Positions 58,980 through 64,000 of a DNA stretch of 64,000 bases are shown here, piece after piece. The notes beneath the pieces are model-generated. The model saw only the letters and a list, made by a program, of their open reading frames with translations, was not told where the DNA came from and did not search any database. Position numbers and translations under genes: made by a program. This stretch comes from Negativicutes bacterium. GTDB lineage: Bacteria; Bacillota; Negativicutes; UBA1444. The stretch spans positions 32,001 through 96,000 of the forward strand of contig CAXXIN010000007.1 in assembly GCA_963665275.2 (NCBI GenBank), in the 5' to 3' direction. Within the stretch, counting starts at the first letter, position 1, and each line of letters begins with the position of its first letter.

Positions 58980-60352
58980 AGTATCGCCTCCTTCACAGTC
59001 TCGGAAGCTGTCTTAGACGCATCCTCCGGCCCTGCCCCGGCAAACTTGACAAGCAAACGCACGCCAACCACTGCCAGAATTCCGTATAAAAGAGTGAATC
59101 CAATGAGCGACGTCCAAACTGCGCCTGATGAAACCGTAGGCGAAACAGCCTGTTCAACGCGTTGCAGGCCAAATACGATCCAAGGCTGCCGCCCCATTTC
59201 GGTAACGATCCAACCTGCCGAGTTAGCCAGATACGGCGCAGGCAGGGACCAAAGCGCGGCGCGCAGAAGCCATGGCGTTTCTTCCAGGCGGTTTTTTCGT
59301 AACAGATAGAACGAGAACAGCGTGAGAAACAGCATCCACAATCCAGCCGCAATCATTACCCGATAGCTCCAGAACACAGGCAAGATATCGGGCACATAAT
59401 TTCCTTGTCCATACATTTGCGCATATTGTGATTGGAGTTCCTTAATTCCCTTGATCTCCCCATCCAAGGATCCGTACACCATCAGGGAAAGCCCGCCAGG
59501 GATACCCACTTCCAGTGAATTCTTCTGGTTCTGCTGGTCAATGGAGGCAAATAAAAGATACGGCGCAGGTTTGGCCGATTCCCATAGCGATTCCATGACA
59601 GCCAATTTCATCGGCTGAGCTTTGGCAACATGTTGCGCTTGCAAATGTCCTGTTCCCGCCACCAACAAAGTTGCGGCCAACGCACAAAACAAACCAATTC
59701 GAAAAGAGGTACGGAAGAATTCCGGCTGATTTTTTCGCAGGAGATGATAAGCACTGATTGCCATGATGAAAATACCCGCCGTCGTAAAACCGCCGAACAA
59801 GGTATGGGGATATTGATTCAACACATACGGATTGGTAAGAACCGCAAAAAAATCCGTCATTTCGGCACGACCATTACGCAGGACGTAGCCAACGGGGGCC
59901 TGCATGAACGAATTGGCGACCAAAATCCAGAGCGCAGAAAGATTGGCCGCAAAAGCCACCAACCAAATGGAAGCCAAATGGACTTTCGGTGACAACCGAT
60001 CCCAGCCGAACACCCACAGCCCCAGAAAAACCGATTCAAGATAAAAGGCTGTCAATGCCTCCAGCGCCAAAGGAACTCCAAAGATATCACCCATAAAACG
60101 CGAGTATTCGGACCAATTCATGCCGAATTGAAATTCTTGAACCAAGCCGGTAACTACACCTAATGCAAAATTGATCAGGAACAGCTTACCCCAAAATTTG
60201 GTCATTTTTTTGTATAGATCTTGCCCTGTTTTTACATACAGCGTTTCCATCACAGCCACCATAACAGACAAGCCCAGTGTGAGTGGAACAAAAAGGAAAT
60301 GATAGACTGAAGTAATACCAAACTGCCAGCGTGCTAATAAAACATCTCCCAT
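58970..60352 (-). CDS. cydA: Cytochrome bd oxidase subunit I
   Basis: ARWQF...HFLF, EFQFGMNW, ANSFMQ, QPMKLA..E, EMGRQPW; start MGDVL. Confidence 0.95.
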   Translation of the reverse strand: MGDVLLARWQFGITSVYHFLFVPLTLGLSVMVAVMETLYVKTGQDLYKKMTKFWGKLFLINFALGVVTGLVQEFQFGMNWSEYSRFMGDIFGVPLALEALTAFYLESVFLGLWVFGWDRLSPKVHLASIWLVAFAANLSALWILVANSFMQAPVGYVLRNGRAEMTDFFAVLTNPYVLNQYPHTLFGGFTTAGIFIMAISAYHLLRKNQPEFFRTSFRIGLFCALAATLLVAGTGHLQAQHVAKAQPMKLAVMESLWESAKPAPYLLFASIDQQNQKNSLEVGIPGGLSLMVYGSLDGEIKGIKELQSQYAQMYGQGNYVPDILPVFWSYRVMIAAGLWMLFLTLFSFYLLRKNRLEETPWLLRAALWSLPAPYLANSAGWIVTEMGRQPWIVFGLQRVEQAVSPTVSSGAVWTSLIGFTLLYGILAVVGVRLLVKFAGAGPEDASKTASETVKEAILWN

Positions 60353-60513
60353 ACAGAAACCTCCTTTTCCCATCGTCAATAAATAACAAATGCTAACAAA
60401 AATTATTATTCACCAACGAAATAGATTCTCCTGCAAAAAATGGAGAAAGTTCAGCGAAATCTCTATTAAATTATAATTGTAAGTATTGTTCCCGATTAGG
60501 CAACTACGCATCA

Positions 60514-60559
60514 AAAAAGAGAAAATCTGTAGAGCCGGCATGACTCTACAGATTTTCTG
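60514..60559 (-). terminator. Intrinsic terminator after the opp operon
   Basis: agaaaatctgtagag ... ctctacagattttct. Confidence 0.75.
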
Positions 60560-60618
60560 CTTTTAACACACTGGATATGTGGTATAACGGACAAAATAGC
60601 TAATAAATCGTTAAGACG

Positions 60619-60757
60619 TTATCTGCTGAGAACCTGCCCCTGATAAACTTCCTGATGAACCCCATCCTTTAACACGATATTCCCGTTCACAATGACCACA
60701 TCCATACCGACGGAGTATTGCTTCGGATCGGTAAAGCCCCCTGCAATAATCCAACAT
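60619..60757 (-). pseudogene. Remnant of an N-acyl-D-amino-acid deacylase (D-aminoacylase) gene
   Basis: Manual translation FTDPKQYSVGMDVVIVNGNIVLKDGVHQEVYQGQVLSR* resembles the family C-terminus; ATG overlaps the oppF stop. Confidence 0.7.
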
Positions 60758-61734
60758 CAGGCGTAAACCTTGTGACAGGCCACTTTATGTCCGGTGCAGA
60801 CTGTTTTTAGTTCCGGCACGGTGTCCCGACAGGCGCCGGCTGCCAGCGGGCAACGAGTATGAAACACGCATCCACTCGGCAGATTGAGTGGCGAAGGAAC
60901 ATCGCCGGTCAAAATCACCCGATCCCTTTTGCGCCGGGGATTGGGATGCGGAACCGCAGACAGCAGCGCCTGTGTATAAGGATGAAAGGGCCGGGCAAAC
61001 AGCTCGTCAGTTTCGGCTTCTTCCATCAAGTTTCCCAGATACATCACACCGATTCGGTCTGAAATATGCCGGACCACGCTTAGATTATGCGCAATAAATA
61101 GATAGGTCAACTTCATATCACGCTGCAACTTTTCCAGCAGGTTAATGATTTGCGACTGTGTAGACACATCCAGCGCCGACACCGGTTCGTCGCAGACCAC
61201 GAATTTCGGTTTCACCGCCAGAGCCCTGGCGAGTACGATGCGTTGCCGCTGGCCCCCGGAGAATTCGTGAGGATAACGATCATAATGATCTGTTTGCAAG
61301 CCAACTTTGTCCAGCAAGTCATAGACCTGTGCTTTGCGGTCCTTATTCTGGCCGATGTCAAAAATATCCATGGTTTCCTTGATCGCAGAGCCGATCCTGA
61401 TTCGTGGGTTCAAAGCAGAAAAGGGGTCCTGAAAGACCAGCTGCAAATCTTTGCGAACTTTGCGCAACTCTTCCTCACCATATTTCAGGATGTTTTTCCC
61501 CTGATAGTACACTTCACCGGCAGTCGGCTCGATCAGCCGCAATACCAGGCGGCCAGTCGTGCTTTTTCCGCAACCGGACTCACCGACCAAGCCATAAGTT
61601 TCACCTTCCTGAATCGCCAACGAAACATCATTGACAGCTTTAACAGAGCTCGGCGACTGTGCCCATCCCCCACCGACCGAAAAATGTTTGACCAATTGTT
61701 TGATTTCTATGAGCGGCGCAGCTTGGCTCGTCAT
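60757..61734 (-). CDS. oppF: Oligo/dipeptide ABC ATPase
   Basis: [49 protein letters not shown]. Confidence 0.9.
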   Translation of the reverse strand: MTSQAAPLIEIKQLVKHFSVGGGWAQSPSSVKAVNDVSLAIQEGETYGLVGESGCGKSTTGRLVLRLIEPTAGEVYYQGKNILKYGEEELRKVRKDLQLVFQDPFSALNPRIRIGSAIKETMDIFDIGQNKDRKAQVYDLLDKVGLQTDHYDRYPHEFSGGQRQRIVLARALAVKPKFVVCDEPVSALDVSTQSQIINLLEKLQRDMKLTYLFIAHNLSVVRHISDRIGVMYLGNLMEEAETDELFARPFHPYTQALLSAVPHPNPRRKRDRVILTGDVPSPLNLPSGCVFHTRCPLAAGACRDTVPELKTVCTGHKVACHKVYA

Positions 61735-62744
61735 TAGGCTGGCCTCCTTTCAGCGGCAAGTGCGGCGGCCTGATGCCAGCACCGGACTTTATGAGTCTCA
61801 TCGACTGCTATCAGTTGCGGCGGCACGAGGCACTGCCTGTCGGCATGCGGACAACGCGGGGCAAAGTGGCAGCCCTGCGGCACCTGATAAAGAGAAGGCA
61901 CGTTGCCTTCAATGACATGCAGCTCTTCCCGCCGGCTGGTTTCCATGGATGGGATCGATTTGATCAGACCACGGGTGTACGGGTGCAGCGGCGTGTCGAA
62001 CAAGACCTCCACCGGGCATTCTTCTACGATTTGTCCGAGATACATGACCAACACCCGGGTGCACACTTCCGCGACCACACCGAGATCGTGGGTGATCAGG
62101 ATCACACCCATATTCAGTTCTTTTTGCAGCTTCAGCATCAAATCGAGGATCTGGGCCTGAATCGTTACATCCAGCGCCGTCGTCGGTTCATCCGCAATCA
62201 ACAGGCGGGGCTGGCAAGCTAGGCCCATGGCGATCATCACCCGTTGCCTCATACCGCCGGACAATTGATGCGGATAGTCGCCAATCCGTTTTTCCGGCGC
62301 CGGAATTCCCACCAGCTCCAACATATGCACCGCTTTGTCCAACGCCGCTTGTCTGTCAATTTTTTGGTGCAGCATGATGGATTCGGCGATTTGATCACCG
62401 ACAGTGAACACTGGATTCAGAGAAGTCATCGGGTCCTGAAAAATCATTGATATCTTGTTGCCCCGAATGGTTTGAATCTCATCCTGCGATAATTTCAAGA
62501 GGTCCCGGTCTTCGAAGATGATTTCCCCTTCCAACCGGGTTCCGCTGTGCAAACCGAACAAACGAAGGATAGAAAGCGAAGTAACACTTTTGCCGCAACC
62601 GGACTCACCCACCAACCCCACCGTTTCTCCTTCGTACACTTCGAAACTGACGCCGTCAACAGCTGTCACCGAGCCTGATTCAGTGGCAAAATGGGTCTTC
62701 AGCTCCCTGACTTCCAGTAATGATTGATTCTTCATTCGCATCAC
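61734..62744 (-). CDS. oppD: Oligo/dipeptide ABC ATPase
   Basis: [48 protein letters not shown]. Confidence 0.9.
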   Translation of the reverse strand: MMRMKNQSLLEVRELKTHFATESGSVTAVDGVSFEVYEGETVGLVGESGCGKSVTSLSILRLFGLHSGTRLEGEIIFEDRDLLKLSQDEIQTIRGNKISMIFQDPMTSLNPVFTVGDQIAESIMLHQKIDRQAALDKAVHMLELVGIPAPEKRIGDYPHQLSGGMRQRVMIAMGLACQPRLLIADEPTTALDVTIQAQILDLMLKLQKELNMGVILITHDLGVVAEVCTRVLVMYLGQIVEECPVEVLFDTPLHPYTRGLIKSIPSMETSRREELHVIEGNVPSLYQVPQGCHFAPRCPHADRQCLVPPQLIAVDETHKVRCWHQAAALAAERRPA

Positions 62745-62772
62745 CTTCTCCGCTCGTTTTTATTCTGACGGA

Positions 62773-63670
62773 TCAACCTTTGGCCTTATTGGTATGCGGG
62801 TCCAGCAGATCGCGCAGTCCATCGCCGATCAGATTGAGGCCGAGCACTGTCATGACGATCGCAATCCCGGGAAATACCATGATCCACCATGCTTGTTTCA
62901 TCAAAGTCCGCCCATCACTGAGAATATTACCCCAACTGGGTTGTGGCGGCGGAGTCCCCGCTCCGAGGAAACTGAGTGACGCCTCGATGATGACAGCATA
63001 AGCGAAAATGAAAGTCGCCTGAATAATCAGGGGAGACATGCAGTTCGGCGCAATATGAAGCCAGATGATCCGCCAGGAGCGTCCGCCCAAAGCCCGAATC
63101 GCTTCGATATAAGTTTGTTCCCTCACGACAATGGCGGCTGATCGGACCGTTCGGGCTACCGTCGGGATATATACCACGCTGATTGAAATAATGACATTTT
63201 CGACTTTCGGTCCTAACGCCGCCATGATCGCTATCGCCAGCAAAATCGCCGGAAAAGCCATCAATCCATCATTGACTCGCATGATCAGGTTATCCAGACG
63301 GCGGTAATACGCGGAATACAGCCCCAATATCAAACCCAGGCCTGATGAAATTACGACCACCGAAAGTCCAACCATCATTGAAATCCGACTCCCATATAAA
63401 ACTCGGCTGTAAACATCGCGACCGAACTCGTCTGTGCCGAACCAATGCTCGGAGCTTGGCGCCTTCAAGCGATCGGTCACTTTCATCTGTAACGGCGGCT
63501 GAGAAGCCAACAACGGCGCCAACACAGCCATTAGGAAAATCAGCGACAGCAGAATACATCCCGTAACCGCCATTCGGTTGGAAAGGAACCTGCGCACGAT
63601 GATATTTTTGTCTGAAAGAACTCAGACTGCTTTTTTTATTTTTCACTACGCTGATCGCGGCAGCATCCAC
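62773..63670 (-). CDS. oppC: Oligo/dipeptide ABC permease, apparently frameshifted near the 5' end
   Basis: HWFGTDEFGRD, YIEAIRALG, EASLSFLG, WGNIL, GDGLRD; the SD-supported GTG 63670 is out of frame with the body, whose open frame starts at 63597. Confidence 0.8.
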
Positions 63671-63698
63671 AGCAATCGTCTCCTTTCGTGCAGGTCAG

Positions 63699-64000
63699 TT
63701 ACTTCGCCAGCCGTACCCGGGGGTCAATCCAAGCATACGTCAGATCAACCAATAGGTTAATGAGTACATAAGCAGCGGCGGTCATCAGCACAGTTCCCTG
63801 GATCACCACATAGTCGCGACGCAAAACCGAAGTAACGATCAATTTACCAATGCCCGGAATGTTGAATACAGTTTCGGTAACTACCGCGCCACCGATCAAA
63901 ACGGCAAAGGTCAGACCGATTACCGTAAGAATCGGAATGAAAGCGTTGCGCAGCGCGTGCTTGTAAATGACGATCCAGCGATTTAGCCCTTTGGCTTCCG
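63699..64000 (-). CDS. oppB: Oligo/dipeptide ABC permease (3' part, 5' end outside the window)
   Basis: AKGL...KHALRNA, GGAVVTETVF..PGIG, RDY.VIQG, DPRVR. Confidence 0.9.
   Translation of the reverse strand, partial: EAKGLNRWIVIYKHALRNAFIPILTVIGLTFAVLIGGAVVTETVFNIPGIGKLIVTSVLRRDYVVIQGTVLMTAAAYVLINLLVDLTYAWIDPRVRLAK

Noticed and set aside
60372-60415. Rex-like operator upstream of cydA
   Set aside because: TTGTTA...TGACGA has the wrong spacing and several mismatches against TTGTGAA-N4-TTCACAA
60619-60759. Possible UGA read-through or selenocysteine, since the deacylase remnant is in frame with oppF
   Set aside because: OppF already ends at its normal VACH terminus and no convincing SECIS is visible; a deletion junction explains the frame

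Overview
Gene-dense bacterial chromosome segment, mostly encoded on the minus strand. The T-box leader, AddAB-type helicase-nuclease, strong GGAGG Shine-Dalgarno sites and secreted enzymes suggest an anaerobic Firmicute, possibly Negativicutes (inference). In order: (1) a STAND(MalT-like)-TPR-SARP/BTAD regulator gene followed 3 nt later by a catalytically degenerate Fic-wHTH gene, next to an MFS + amidohydrolase operon whose promoter has three heptamers at 11-bp spacing; (2) aroE; (3) a LacI-headed catabolic cluster of about 14.7 kb with no kinase gene (Old Yellow Enzyme, LIV-type ABC transporter with frameshifted livF, Zn-dehydrogenase, VOC, SDR, IlvD-family dehydratase, fucose-isomerase-like protein, cupin, orphan SdhA-like flavoprotein); (4) an FMN reductase, a 45-aa CDGSH protein missing from the ORF track, and an etf remnant; (5) a repeat-containing SGNH hydrolase; (6) Tyr T-box-aroF-tyrA; (7) a Moco operon whose MoaD-like protein lacks the C-terminal GG; (8) addBA; (9) an AT-richer accessory stretch (SGNH, Tat deacetylase, LysR, ClC, atypical alanine racemase, DJ-1, pentapeptide repeat protein); (10) a degenerate HD-GYP protein, a pyroglutamyl-peptide module, htpG and cydABDC; (11) an opp/dpp operon with frameshifted oppC and a D-aminoacylase remnant. 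I saw no rRNA, tRNA, CRISPR array or mobile element. All calls come from reading motifs by eye, not from database searches.
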